33,394 bases of DNA. It comes from Nemertoderma westbladi. Its lineage: Eukaryota; Animalia; Xenacoelomorpha. The position numbers and the translations under genes are program-made. Every line of letters begins with the position of its first letter. Position 1 is the first letter of the stretch. The notes beneath the pieces are model-generated. The model saw nothing but the letters and a program-made list of their open reading frames with translations. It was not told the DNA's origin and searched no databases. Below, piece by piece: positions 12,866 to 25,416 of this stretch. Where the stretch lies: NCBI GenBank assembly GCA_032718475.1, contig JAUCBJ010003211.1:1-33394 (forward strand). Direction: 5' to 3'.

Positions 12866-13286
12866 GTAGTGGGAAATACCGGGTAACATACCTCGGGTAT
12901 GGCCTGCTAGTAAAGGATAATTTTAGTAGTTTAATAATACTTAGTTTTAGTAATTTAGTAGTTTTTCAATAAGATTATCTAGTGCATTCTAATAATATTA
13001 GTAGTTTAAAATTAGCATGTTTATTCTTATAATTTGAATCATTTCAATGGCGCGTCTCTAGAAAATATTTCATTTTGTGACATCTTTAACTACAATATCT
13101 AAAATGATCACAAACGTTATCGCACCGAATATAAAATTGGGTCAGGTAAATCAATTAGGAAATTATTTATCGTGGGATTTTGTATTTGTTTGTTGTATTA
13201 GGATTAGGTAGTACCTAAAACATATCAATATATTTTACATATTTCAAGCTAAATTACACGATATATATTTGATATTTTGTTCAACG

Positions 13287-13743
13287 TTGTGTTTAAAACG
13301 GATCCCAAAAAGGCAACAAATGCAATCCCGGTCCCGATCCCTGTCCCGATCCCGGTTCGGTCCCTTTCCCGATCCCGATGCCGGTCCCGATCCTGACTTT
13401 TTCGGACCGGGTTCCCGATGTACAAATAGTGAAGTAAATTTCTTGAATATCTGATAAATAGTTCCAGCAGAACGGAAATGTTTTGATTATATCGAATTGA
13501 TATGTCAGTAAAAGTAAACCATCCAGTAATTAATTGGAAAATAATTTTAATATAACTTTATCTTACTAATATTTCAGAAGTGTAAAATAAAGTTAGTGTT
13601 ACACAAAACCCGCCACATATACTATTAACTTTGAGGAATTTAATCCAAAATTGCAATCCCGATCCCGAAACACGGGATCCCAAAGGTGGTAATCCCGGTC
13701 CCGATCCCGGAAATACCGAAAAGCGTGATCCTATTAAACACTA
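13287..13743. mobile_element. hAT-like MITE with CCCGAT/CCCGGT hexamer subrepeats
   Basis: Termini TTGTGTTTAAAACGGATC versus reverse-complement TAGTGTTTAATAGGATC; TCCCGATCCCGG arrays near both ends; flanks GTTCAACG / GTTCTCGT only partly match. Confidence 0.6.
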
Positions 13744-14036
13744 GTTCTCGTAGTTCAGACAGATTTTTAAATTAAAATAAATTAAGCACGTTGATATGAT
13801 TTTATTAACGAATTAGATTAAATCATTAGTGGTGTGTGTCGCGTAATCAATAATATTTTAATTTTGTGAATGTTAAAAACTAAAATAATTAACAATGGAA
13901 AAAAATTACTAGTATAAGAGCAGCATATAAGCTAATCAGGAGAGAGCGTGGCGCGTAAAATGATAGGCCTATGCTATATAATCAATAAAGAACATCAATT
14001 AAAATTCGTTATAATTTCAATAATACAACTTTATTT

Positions 14037-14255
14037 GGGTAGGTGTAAAACGCGGATCCGGATTCCAAAATTATCAATTAAGGGAAAGGAGCAGGTTACA
14101 GTGGCACGTTATTTTAACCAAAACAATAAACTAAAGTCAATAGAACAGGTTATAGTTTTATTTTTGGGAGTTATAAAAATGTAAAAAAAATCGACTTCCG
14201 TAGGGACAATGTTAAATGTAGAATCCGGATCCGGATCCGCGTTTTACTCTGACCA
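14037..14255. mobile_element. Mutator/foldback-type MITE with 9-10-bp TSD, carrying the core module
   Basis: (A)ACTTTATTT flanks both sides (14027-14036, 14255-14264); arms GTAAAACGCGGATCCGGAT / ATCCGGATCCGCGTTTTAC. Confidence 0.8.
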
Positions 14256-15433
14256 ACTTTATTTTATGTTATGTTATATACAGTAGAATCCTACGCATAC
14301 AATACTACAAGAGCGGTTTAAAGGGAAATCATATTTATAGTTACGAAATATTAATATTTACAAACATATATCCAATTAATTGAACTACTCACATAATTAT
14401 TTGGTTTAATAATAAATTCATAAGCTAAAGTTAAGTAAATAACAATAATCTCCAATAATTCAAGACGTTTAATATATCCCCGTTTGTTAGCTAAATTATA
14501 TTTAAATCTCTGCACTTAAAACATAATTCATAATTATGTTCGGAACAATTGACATGCTGCTTGCTGGTAAGGTGGCGTGCAGTATCGCGGTACCTTTTTC
14601 CTGGGGATAAAAAGTAAATCACAACTATTTTAATTGGAATATAATTCACCCGCTAAAAATTAAGGTGCAATCTTAAATGCGAAAACTTCACAAAAAGAGC
14701 GGGGATAAAGTAATTTATTCTCAAAACATAGTGCCAGACAATAATTTTTAACTTCGAGGTCTATAATGTTGCACTTTTTGTGATTACTGTAATAGTTAGT
14801 GTTTTAGCTTTGTCTGGTTAGTAGTACACTGACGGTGATGTAATTTCAGAAAGTACATTACATCACACAACAAAATGGAAATAATTATATTACACGATTG
14901 AAACTTTTACTTTTTACATGGAAATGTATTCATTTATCGTTATCAATAATCAGATGCAACATTTTTTTCAATCGAATTACAAGTCAATTTTGCAATAAAT
15001 AACTTTAATCAAAAACCTGATTTACTCGAACTATTCGAACAGATGGAATATATAGCATGAATACTGCATTGTATCAGCAACATATCTGTTTGAATCAAAA
15101 CTCAGCAGCTACAAAATACAAGGGCAATTAATTGTTATTAAATTAAAATTAAATATAATACGAGGACTGAAACATTCCAAACTAAAATTGAAAAAATGAT
15201 TGGCATCTTATGAATTGGGATGTGACGTCAACTCTACAGATAGATGCGCGGTTTTTTCCGGTTTTTCTAATCAACACATTTATTTCAACGACGATGTCTT
15301 GACAAAGGACTGGAAGCTCTATAGTAAAAGTCACTTCTCATATCACCATCGATAACGTGAACAATACTTGTTGAAACACATCCCTCCTCAAACTCCCTGA
15401 ATTGCACTGAAACTTGTTCGACCTTCAAAACCT

Positions 15434-15480
15434 TTTATTGCGAAGAAAAAACGCAACTGTGAGAAAGTGAAAATTTTATT
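15434..15480 (-). promoter_or_regulatory. Candidate polyadenylation signals (AATAAA) for NCX
   Basis: TTTATT on + strand at 15475-15480 and 15434-15439, just downstream of the stop. Such hexamers are frequent in AT-rich DNA, so support is weak. Confidence 0.25.
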
Positions 15481-15524
15481 TGAGTATTAATTAGACAATG
15501 ACGATGTCATAAAAAAAATCGTTT

Positions 15525-17298
15525 CTAGAATGGTGTTGTAAAGTAACAGTAATCCTTTAGACTAGCTACTACAATGTAAACGAGCCAAAAGCCCGCGAAC
15601 ATACAGGATGAAACGTACTTGATCGATTTATCTCCTCCTAATTCTCCTTGCGCTTTGCTGTTAAAGCGACGCATTACCAGCGTGACAATGCATAAAAATG
15701 CGAAAACGCAGAATATAGTTACGGAGAATGCCAGTGACCCTGGGTCCACTACGAATGGCTCATCGCGAACCCATCCTACGATTGTGGATATAGTCCAAGC
15801 GATTCCGATACCTAGGAAGACGTTGACCGCGTTGCTACCGGTAACATTACCGATGGAGCTATCCGCGTACTCGTCTTGCGTGGCGGCCACCTTGCTGGCG
15901 AAGGTGTCCGGCACGCTGGTACCCAGGGCGACGAATACCACGGCGGTAACTGAGTCCTTGAGGCCAATGGTGCAGCCGAAATGGCTGGCGACATCCCCGA
16001 TCACAGCAGTGAGTCCACCGATCACGATTATAGAGACGGTGAAGCAAACCCATCCTCCAAGGATGTCGGTCGGAGGGACAAACGCGAATAATATTTTCCA
16101 GAAAATTGATAAAAAATGCATGGCGTAATCAGCGCATGTCGGAAGCTTATCCTCGCTCTCAATATCATCGTCTCCACCGGCACTAACTGTCAACGCTTCT
16201 ACGAACTGCTCCTTCCACGACGACGTCGCAACCAACTCCGATACTTTCGTCGTCTTCAGCATATTGTCCACGGCGTGGCGGAATTCCGAGCTCTCCTGTA
16301 TCTCGACCTCGCAGCGCGTTAGCAACCCGAGCCGCGGTAGGCCCAGGTCAGCGATCCGTTGAGTGGCAGCGAGTTTATCGTCAGACATCTCCCGTTGTCT
16401 CTCTTCGGTTTCGCGTCTCTCTGCCAGCGATTCCTTGCGGCGCAAAACACTCGGCTCGCCGAGTTGAATGAAAAAATTTTCGTTCTTTTGATAGGATTCG
16501 TGGTCGACTATTTCTATTTCGATATTCTTCCAGGTTTCGTCGTTTTGAAACATAAGAACATCCTCGGCTGCATGAAAATCCAAACCGTTACCTTTGGCAG
16601 ATCCTTCTATTGTCCTGTACGGAAGTGAAACTGTACCTCTGGCACCAGAATGTCGGGCTACTTTAATCTGTGCCAAACCGACGTTTTCAAAAAAAGTAAA
16701 TTTCGGCTCATCGAATGAAAATATTCCGCGATGATCATCATCTAAGATGGTGATTTCCGCTTCAGTAACCAGGCCGAACTTTGTCGGAGGGATTGATGGG
16801 GTGCCTTCAGCGTGTTCCTCACGCAAATTACTCAAACGAACAGTGAAATGTTCATCCTCTTCGAAAATATCATCATCCATGACGTGTATGTTTATATGGT
16901 GGATTGTTTCCCCGGGTTTAAAGACGAGGGTTCCTTGCGCTGCGTAGAAATCGGATCCCGCTTCCGCCGTCCCATCTATCGTCTCGTAGTCGACGTAGAC
17001 AGTGGACGTTAGATGGTCGCCCTCGCGTACCACAACCACCGGAAATGAACCGACATTCTCGAAGACTTCATAGACAGCGGGGTCGAAACGAACTCTATCG
17101 TAAACGTCCACCTCCGATATGAGATCGAATGTGGATTGTTTCCGCTTATCGGCTTGTCTCTTCATCAGGTTGCCACCACCCATCATTCTTCTTGTTGCTT
17201 GGATCCTGTAGAAAGCGCGGGATTTTCTCTGGTGAGACATCACTTCGTGCTCAGCCATTTGTTGCAATGTGTCAATATCGGCCGTGGGGAACCGAAGT
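15525..17298 (-). CDS. NCX: Na+/Ca2+ exchanger, coding exon 2: CBD1, CBD2 (Calx-beta), alpha-2 repeat, TM6-10, stop
   Basis: Acceptor TTTTTTTCCACAG|A at 17299/17298 restores the frame (AG+A=Arg; ...ILHNLRLRFPTADIDTLQQMAEHEVMSHQRKSRAFYRIQATR). Contains DDDIFEEDE, LDDDHRGIF, PTCADYAMHF, ALGTSVPDTFAS, GSNAVNVFLGIG; TAG at 15525-15527. Joined CDS 2775 nt = 924 aa. Confidence 0.96.
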
Positions 17299-18842
17299 CT
17301 GTGGAAAAAAATAACACAATAAGTTTTAATAGGATCGTGAAAAATAACTCATGGTCTGGTTATTCTACTGGTCACACATTCCAGGTCCAGTAATCCCCTG
17401 CTACTCAATACAGTACAGGATAGTGTCGCACATTGACCGCAAGTGAAAAAGTGATCTCAAGCTGAAATTGATCGCATGTGAAGTAATGTTTTTTTTAATA
17501 TATTGTTTTCGTTAAAAAACACCGACACTGTAACTTGAACCTTTCCCTTAAGTTTTAAAATAAATAAAATTAATTTTTAACCACAAACATCAAACACATG
17601 TTTGCGGTGCACCATTAACTCAAACGGGAAGAACAGAGCAGTGTATAAAAATCCACCTATCGCAAAATAAGACATTAAATATACGGTATGGTGATTCTCG
17701 GATTTTTCCCTTTTGTGGGATGAAAATATTTTTTTCATATTTTGCTTAGGAATTTAATTTTTACCTTTTTTTTGTTTTGTAGCATATTTGGTTTTTTTTT
17801 CTTGTTTTTGATTATTTATTCCTTTTTTACGTAAATCTTTTTTTTCGTTTTCTTGCTTTTTTTTAAGAAAATATTTTATTATTTTTTTGTTCGATATATT
17901 CTAAGCAGTGTTAAACTTAGTTCACAGTAGTGTCGATCCTGTTCTTGCCCGGACCCACCGGTCCTGAAACACTTTTTTCACTATAATTATATACGATTCT
18001 GAGGGAGTATATTGGGCTTTCAATAAGTTAAACCGCTAATATAATAGCTAATATTTTAGGCGAAAACCCTTCGAGAAGAACTATTTGGCTTATCTTCACT
18101 AAAATACAAAATAGTGAAGGCAAATGTAGGCCTACATATTTCTAAACTTTTCTAAATTGTTATTTAGTGGCGAGAAGTCCGAAAAAGTAACCAGAAGTTT
18201 CAAGCAAAAAATGAATAGCTGATGGTGATGGCAGTCAGTTTTCGCCCCTTATGTCTTCTTGAAATTCGCTTAATGTTTTGGTATTTACTGTATGGGTTGT
18301 TATAAAGTGTATGGTTTATGGCCGCGATTCATATTTCCTCCTGTTTTCGGCTGAAACCATGGGAAAGAACTTCCTCCTGCAAACCTTTCCTAAACCTAAT
18401 AAAGAATAACGCAGCGCCATTAACTGTGGGGAAAAAGGAAGTGGCATGCCGATTGTGGATGCAGTAGGTTTCGTTCCTTGATTAAAAGATAGAAAGATTG
18501 GAAATATTTCAATCACATTTTCTTATTTATTTTCCTACATGGCAATAAATTGTACTCCACAAAAGGAGGAAAACGCAATGCATTGCAGATATGTACTGTA
18601 GTAGAGTGAGATAAATACGCTGGCACTACGCGTTCCAATTAGGCGTGTAAATTTCTGATGACCACAAGATTTGAGATGACCACAATCGAATAGTTACAGA
18701 GACATTGACGTTCAAATATGAAGAAATCTGGATGGAGGGACGTACTAGTTGACGGACAATAATACAGATTTGCCCGTAAGTGATACGGGAACTGGGGAAC
18801 ACACGAGGTGAAACCCACGGTTGGATATCCCCGGGTCAGATA

Positions 18843-18865
<23 letters not shown>

Positions 18866-18874
<9 letters not shown>

Positions 18875-19090
18875 GGACGCAATAAAAATTCATCCCTCTC
18901 CAGGGGAAATTGGACGCAAATAACAGCTGTTTACGAGCAAAAATAAAACTGTAACCTGTTCTGTTGTGTTTAGTTTATTGTTTTGGTTAAAATATCGTGC
19001 CACTGTAACCTGTTCCTTTCCCTAAATTGAGAATTTAACATTGAGGCGGGATATTAATTCGCCAAGTTGGGTTTTGCGTCGAGTCCCCCC
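18866..19090. mobile_element. Small inverted-arm element carrying the core module
   Basis: GGGGGACTGGACGCAA ... TTGCGTCGAGTCCCCC (1 mismatch); reverse-strand core at ~18940-19030; homologous degenerate copy at ~10240-10840. Confidence 0.65.
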
Positions 19091-19618
19091 CCCCCCCCCG
19101 TCTCCCCCGTGTTATCCAAATGTCAGTCCCCATGGGGATGTCGTTAATTATTGGACATTTGGGGACATTTCGTGGACATCCGTGGAACATCTCCAGGATG
19201 TCCTAGGGATATGCTACATGGGATATAGAACTAATCTCTATACCATATATAACTACTATCGTAGTATGATGTATGTATGTGTAGTGGAAGGGTTTACTGT
19301 GGAAATTCCTTGGCTTAACGAGCCTAAAAGATTCTCCCATTCATAGTATGTATGTACAGTATATTATAGTATGTATATAATATAAATAGTACTATCTACT
19401 TTAAACTAATCTATATGAGTCTGTCTGTGTAGAATTTCTACACTTTTTATAGACTACATAATATGGCCAAGTTTGGTTCCATTTCATTTAAAAAAGATCA
19501 ACCTGCGGCGCCCACATTACGTATTACAATTATATGTAATATGAATAATATACGGTACTACTGCTACACTATTGGCATGCTCCATTGCGGCTGCATTATT
19601 ATATATATTACATATATA

Positions 19619-20080
19619 TTAAGAATGCTGTGCCGGCTTGTCGACAAAATTGCGCCGCCACAACTCCCTATCACCCATGACATTTGCTAGATCATCCGCA
19701 TCTTCAAGGCAGTGTCCTTTAAGATGAGTCTCAAGAAAGTCATGGGCTGTCCACCATGCGTATTCACTCCATGAGGCTGGCAAAGTACAAGATTATGCAC
19801 TGGCTGGTCCTCACGGCGAAAGAAATGTCCCGCAAAGCGGAGGCGGTTCCGTTCAAGTGTCAAGCTTGGGGAGATTAATGGAACACCTCGAATGCTGTAT
19901 AGAGTCTGAATGGTATTCATTGTAGTTGATAACAATGAACATGGCGCAATATTATTGTAGCTTCCTTGTAGATGCCTCTTGTAGATTCCTGCTTTGCAGC
20001 AATCGAGATTAACGAGATTCCAAAAAACGATCCATAGTGTTAGATTACCCTTCTTTGGGGAAGGGACCAACTTATTTGTT
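19619..20080 (-). mobile_element. Second RTE-like LINE fragment with large internal deletion (in NCX intron)
   Basis: 19619-19870 is nearly identical to the reverse complement of ~12560-12815; 19991-20075 encodes NKLVPSPKKGNLT..GISLISIAAK, the region just upstream of the RT core. Confidence 0.88.
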
Positions 20081-20500
20081 TTCATTTATTGAGGGACTCT
20101 CTTTGTCCTAAAGTCGCATCTGAATGACGCTAAGTGACAAACAACTTCGCTTCATCCTTATTAATTTATAATTATAATTAATCCAATCGATTTCTCCAAC
20201 AATTTGCACCAGCTGTCCCCAAAATAATATATCGCATATATAGAGCAATATAGATTCAATCGAACGAATGACTTTTATTATTCCACTTTAAGGAACTTAT
20301 AATAAAAGTTAGACCATTGAGTACGCCCAAAGTCTTGTCGATATATTTCCGGTGGGATCCCCTCTGGTCTATAAGCCACAGAGGAAACTGAATTATCTGA
20401 TACTCAGTTAGCTATTATTTCCCAGGATTATTGACAGGATTCCCCTTAAAAACTAAAAATGTTACATTCACTATCATTAGGTAACTTTGTATTTTCTACA

Positions 20501-20730
20501 TGGAGATGGGTGGGTGAGGATGTGGGGAGATGGGTGGGTGAGGATGTGGGGAGATGGGTGGGTGAGGATGTGGGGAGATGGGTGGGTGAGGATGTGGGGA
20601 GATGGGTGGGTGAGGATGTGGGGAGATGGGTGGGTGAGGATGTGGGGCTATGGGTGGGTGAGGATGTGGGGAGATGGGTGGGTGAGGATGTGGGGAGATG
20701 GGTGGGTGAGGATCTGGGGAGATGGGAATG
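20501..20730. repeat. 24-bp G-rich minisatellite (GGGAGATGGGTGGGTGAGGATGTG), ~9 copies
   Basis: Direct inspection; the 8-aa periodic ORFs here are by-products. Confidence 0.95.
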
Positions 20731-21168
20731 TGAGACGGTGGATATGGGAAGGTGGGAAGATAGATGGCTCAAGTGGAAGGTAAAAAAATCGTTTATTGTC
20801 TCGTGTAGAAAGGCCCGCCTTTGCAAACAACTCTTTTCCAACAATTGGTAACAACATAGTTTATTGTTTAGGTTAGAAAAAGCCGCCTCTGCAAGGTGCT
20901 CCACTAATTCAATTATTATTAACAAATCGTTTATTGTTTTGTTTAGAAAATCCAGCCTCTGAAACCTGCTCCTTTCCCTCAATTGGTAGGGAAACGAGCA
21001 GGTAAACAACATCGTTTATTCAGAAACGCCATGACAAGAACCTGTACATTTACAAGAATTGGTAAGAATATCGTTTATTATTTTGTTTAAAAAAGCCACG
21101 CCTGCCAGTCAACCTTCCCACATTTTATTGTATTCCATCCTAAAATCCCATCCACCTTCCGCCATTCC

Positions 21169-21509
21169 GATGTTAGGACAATTGCGACCTGGACAATTGC
21201 GACCCGGACAATTGCGACCTGGACAATTGCGCCCCATGATTTTATAAAAAATGATGGGTCGCAATTGACCGTGTCGCAATTGTCCGGGTCGCAATTGTCC
21301 TGGTCGCAATTGTCCGGGTCGCAATTGTCCGGATACAGATAAAAAGATGTAATGTATATCATTGATAAATATAATTGTATCATTGTATATCATTGACAAT
21401 TGCGACCCGGACAATTGCGACCCATAATTTATTTAAAAACATGGGTCGCAATTGACCGGGTCGCAATTGTTCGGGTCGCAATTGCCCGAGTCGCAATTGT
21501 CCGGACTCC
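21169..21509. mobile_element. Mutator/foldback-type MITE with 9-bp TSD and 15-bp GGACAATTGCGACC(C/T) subrepeats
   Basis: CGCCATTCC at 21160-21168 and 21510-21518; subrepeat blocks oriented forward-reverse-forward-reverse. Confidence 0.85.
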
Positions 21510-21518
21510 CGCCATTCC

Positions 21519-22200
21519 CACATTACCATCTTCCTACATTCCTATCTCCCCATACACTCACCCACCCATCTTCCCACATTCCCATCTCCCCATACCCTCA
21601 CCCACCCATCTTCCCCTCTCTCCATACCCTCACCCACCCATCTTCCCACATTCCCATCTCTCCATACCCTCACCCACCCATCTTCCCATCTCCCCATACC
21701 CTCACCCACCCATCTTTCCATCTCCCCATACCCTCACCCACCCATCTTCCCATCTCCCCATACCCTCACCCACCCATCTTCCCATCTCCCCATACCCTCA
21801 CCCACCCATCTTCCCATTTCCTCATAACCTCACCTACCCATCTTCCTACATTCCCATCTCCCCATACCCTCACCCACCCATCTACCCATCTACCCATACC
21901 CTCACCCACCCATCTTCCCCTCTCTCCATACCCTCACCCACCCATCTTCCCACATTCCCATCTCTCCATACCCTCACCCACCCATCTTCCCATCTCCCCA
22001 TACCCTCACCCACCCATCTTCCCATCTCCCCATACCCTCACCCACCCATCTTCCCATCTCCCCATACCCTCACCCACCCATCTTCCCATCTCCCCATACC
22101 CTCACCCACCCATCTTCCCATTTCCTCATAACCTCACCTACCCATCTTCCTACATTCCCATCTACCCATACCCTCACACACCCATCTTCCCACATTCCAA
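21519..22200. repeat. C-rich ~32-bp minisatellite (CCCATCTCCCCATACCCTCACCCACCCATCTT)
   Basis: Direct inspection; shares CCTCACCCACCCATCT with the reverse complement of the 24-bp array. Confidence 0.93.
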
Positions 22201-25200
22201 TCTTACCACCGATCTACGTATCTACTGTTAGTTAACCCATTATTGAGATATTATTCGAGCTAATCAGATTCTAGCTAGGTACTGGTACATACTCCAGGAC
22301 AGCACAGGTACATCCTCCAGCATGCAACCACACCCCTGTGCATGTGCAATCGTCATCAATATTTTACTTTAGCAAGAAATCGATAACTCGAAATCGCCAC
22401 AGATATATAACAAGAGGGATGAAATTATATTGGTGTGAGTTGGGGCGACTGTACATGTTGACTACAGTACATGATAGGAGGGAAGACAGCGGCCTGCATG
22501 TGGTAGGTGGGCAGCTGACAGTGCTTCATGTTGCGTTGGGGAGCTTTGGCAGGGCTACATGGGGAGGAGGCGCTGGGGCAAGGCTGCCCGCTGCAGGTGG
22601 GCGTGGGAGCCTCCCACGCCCAGACCCCCAGGGGGGGTGTCAGAGTCCGGGCTGCATGGGGGAAGGGGACAGGACGGACAAGACTTCTTGAGGAGGGGGC
22701 CGGCGCTGTGTTGCAGTTTGGGATGGAAAGGGGGCAGGACTGCCATGGGGGAGGGGAGGGATGTATGGGGTGCCGTGCAGCCGTGCAGGGATGTATATAC
22801 GAGGGAAAATTGCGATGATACCGTGTGAACACATATGCAATAAATCCATGGCAACCTATACCGGTGCAATGGTTCCCACAAAGAGCATAGCAAGGATGGG
22901 TTAAAAGGAAATTTTTAAGAAAACAATATATTTTTTCTATATGACCGTTTTATGTGTAATTAATCTCGGTCACGAAAGCTTTCGAGATGGTAAACTATCT
23001 CTGCCCATGATCTCAAACACCAAATATGTGTTCAGTGGTTTTAAAAACTTAATTTAATTTAACGCATTAGACTAAGGGAAGGGTGCAGCGCGCAGGTTAC
23101 AGTGTCGGTGTTTTTAAAATTTGCGCTGGAGATCACTTTTTACCTATTGTGGGCAATGTGAACCACTAACTGAGGTTTTCACTAAATGGGCCATTCATTA
23201 GGAGGCTGTCCGTGTCCAGGGGCATCCCAAAGGTTCCTCGGCCGAATTTTACAAGGACTAAACGTGTTCCGAGAAAATGCGGATGTGTCAAAATACTTAC
23301 TAGTATTTCTAACTTTGACAGCTTGTGCAATGTTGTTTTGTAAACATACTGCAGGCTAGATAACAAACTAACAACATCAATTGAAACCAACTCTAATTAC
23401 TTTAGCCACAAATAAGATTAGCAGAGTGCATTGCCAGGACTGATGACGAATGTGGTTTTTTCGATATGGCAGCTGTATAGCAGTAGTACCGGTAGTGGAG
23501 CGCAGAGGCTCTGTGACAACCTCAAACCCAATTAGATAAACAGCAATTACTTACTTATTGTTGCCTCGGGCAATCGGCAATCTAGGCATAGCACACCACC
23601 GGCACCACCGTCACCCTACGCTGTGTGTTGCCTATATATTTCTGTGCATTTCGGTTGTGGGTGGATTGCATATCAGATGATGTTTCCTTAGAGTGATTGC
23701 TTTTACCAATTATTGGATTAAGCCCAAATGAAACTTGAAAGGAAACGTCTTGAGTCCCATGTCTAACTTGCCGAGGGCTTTACGAAAATGAATTGTTAAT
23801 TACCGTTCGCATTATTCACGCATCACATAAAATGAACTCTGTATATTTCAAGCTTTTCAGGGTGTGTATTACTTCCCATGCGCACTTTGTGGGGCTATAC
23901 ATAAAAATAAATTTCCTTCGAGTCCATCAATTTTAGAAAATCTCTATTTTCTAGCACATTTGCCTTTCTAAACAAAGTAAAGATATAAAATAAGTAAAGA
24001 AATCATATAAAGTTATCGATTACAATATTCGACGTATATAGTTTATTTTTATTATTATACTGAACTGAACACACCCTAGACCCTCCCACAGATCTCGACT
24101 CCTGTAGCCTTGCGTTGCGTGTTAAAGTCCTAAATGTAGGTGCGGTGCAAACATAAGCTGTGCAAATTTCATGTCACCACATCACTAGACCTTGTGTTTG
24201 AACCTTTGCCATCACGTATCTGTGGGGATGATGTTTGAGCTAGTCCATTTTCGTTTCGACGGCATTTCATAATTCTGAAAGAATATCTTCTATTTCATTT
24301 TAATTTAAATTCAAATTTGTTCTTTTAATTTTAGTATAATAAGTAGGTCGGCAGCGGAGAAGAAAGGTTAATTTCGACTGTCCTGTAGTGTAAACGCTAT
24401 GCCGAAAACCGTTATTACGAACAAAAATTAAATTGCAACCTGTGCTCATGACTCACGTTTATGGTTGGGATAGCCTGTTACTGAACCTGCTCCTTTCCCT
24501 TAAAGCTTTTAATGGTTTTCGGCTGTCGTTACGGAAGGCTGTTACAGATTTGCAAACGATGCTTGTAATACTGAATGTGTCGTATACCATTAGGTGAGAC
24601 AATTTCAAGTTACTTATGAGTTGGCAACTAACAGCTGCTAAATTTCCGATTTATATATTTTATAGATAACACAATATTTAAGTAATAGGTTTGGTTTGTT
24701 AATAATGTAAGCTCTAACTCGCTGTAGACACGGCCACGTACGTATACGTCGTAATCAATCTCCCGACCATAACCAGGTCTCGCGTCTCCCACAAAATGAG
24801 TAAAAGTTTGCGTGCTGGGTAAAAGGTTCCACAAAACCTCATTTTTGGAACATGTGACACCCTGTGGAACCTTTGACATGGAATCACAAGCCGACATACA
24901 GCTGATGGTCCGGACGCTTCCTCATAAAGGAAGCTAAATTAATTATTCTGAGAGGGTTGCACCGTAGCCATGGTTGCACTGTTGCAATCTTTTTCTCTGT
25001 TCCACTCTGCATCTTTTGTAAGTTATTTATTTTTACTACTTGTTATTTCTTGTTATATTTTTTTTAGTTTTTTTTGTTATAGCATAGCTGTTATTTGACA
25101 TTATACTACCTTAGTGTTATTAGGTTATTTGTATTTTATACATATAATTAATGTGCTCTGCTATTGTGTTTATTTTGACGAGAGTTGGTTGTTGAGAGAT

Positions 25201-25339
25201 ATTTAAAGCGAAGATTTCTGTAGAGTGGAATATTGCGAATTTAACTATGTTATTTCGTACAAATTTAAATAAATATTACCGTAGTAAATAATTAATTTCC
25301 AATGTAAGAACTTGACAAAACCAACAACTTTTCTTATTA

Positions 25340-25416
25340 AAAACACGGTCTCAAAGTGGGCTTGACCCGGTATCTCGAAGCCAAGTCCAACGCACTACCT
25401 AATAAGTGCGCAATGC
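25340..25416 (-). mobile_element. Possible degenerate tRNA-derived SINE head
   Basis: Minus strand reads GCGCACTTATTAGGTAGTGCGTTGGACTTGGC...CCGGGTCAAGCCCAC, loosely resembling A box, anticodon arm and B box; no clean cloverleaf. Confidence 0.25.

Noticed and set aside
18320-18590. Weak inverted repeat TTTCCTCCTGTTT / AAAAGGAGGAAAA
   Set aside because: Too degenerate to define element ends.
19106-19222. CCC...GGG mini-element with GGACAT subrepeats
   Set aside because: Termini match poorly and no TSD could be confirmed.
20446-22231. Long Pro/His/Trp-rich ORFs
   Set aside because: Translations of minisatellites and MITE subrepeats.
23430-23472. CTGATGA within TGCCA...TGGCA stem as hammerhead, SECIS or C/D box
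   Set aside because: No GAAA hammerhead core, too short for a SECIS, and no CTGA D box.
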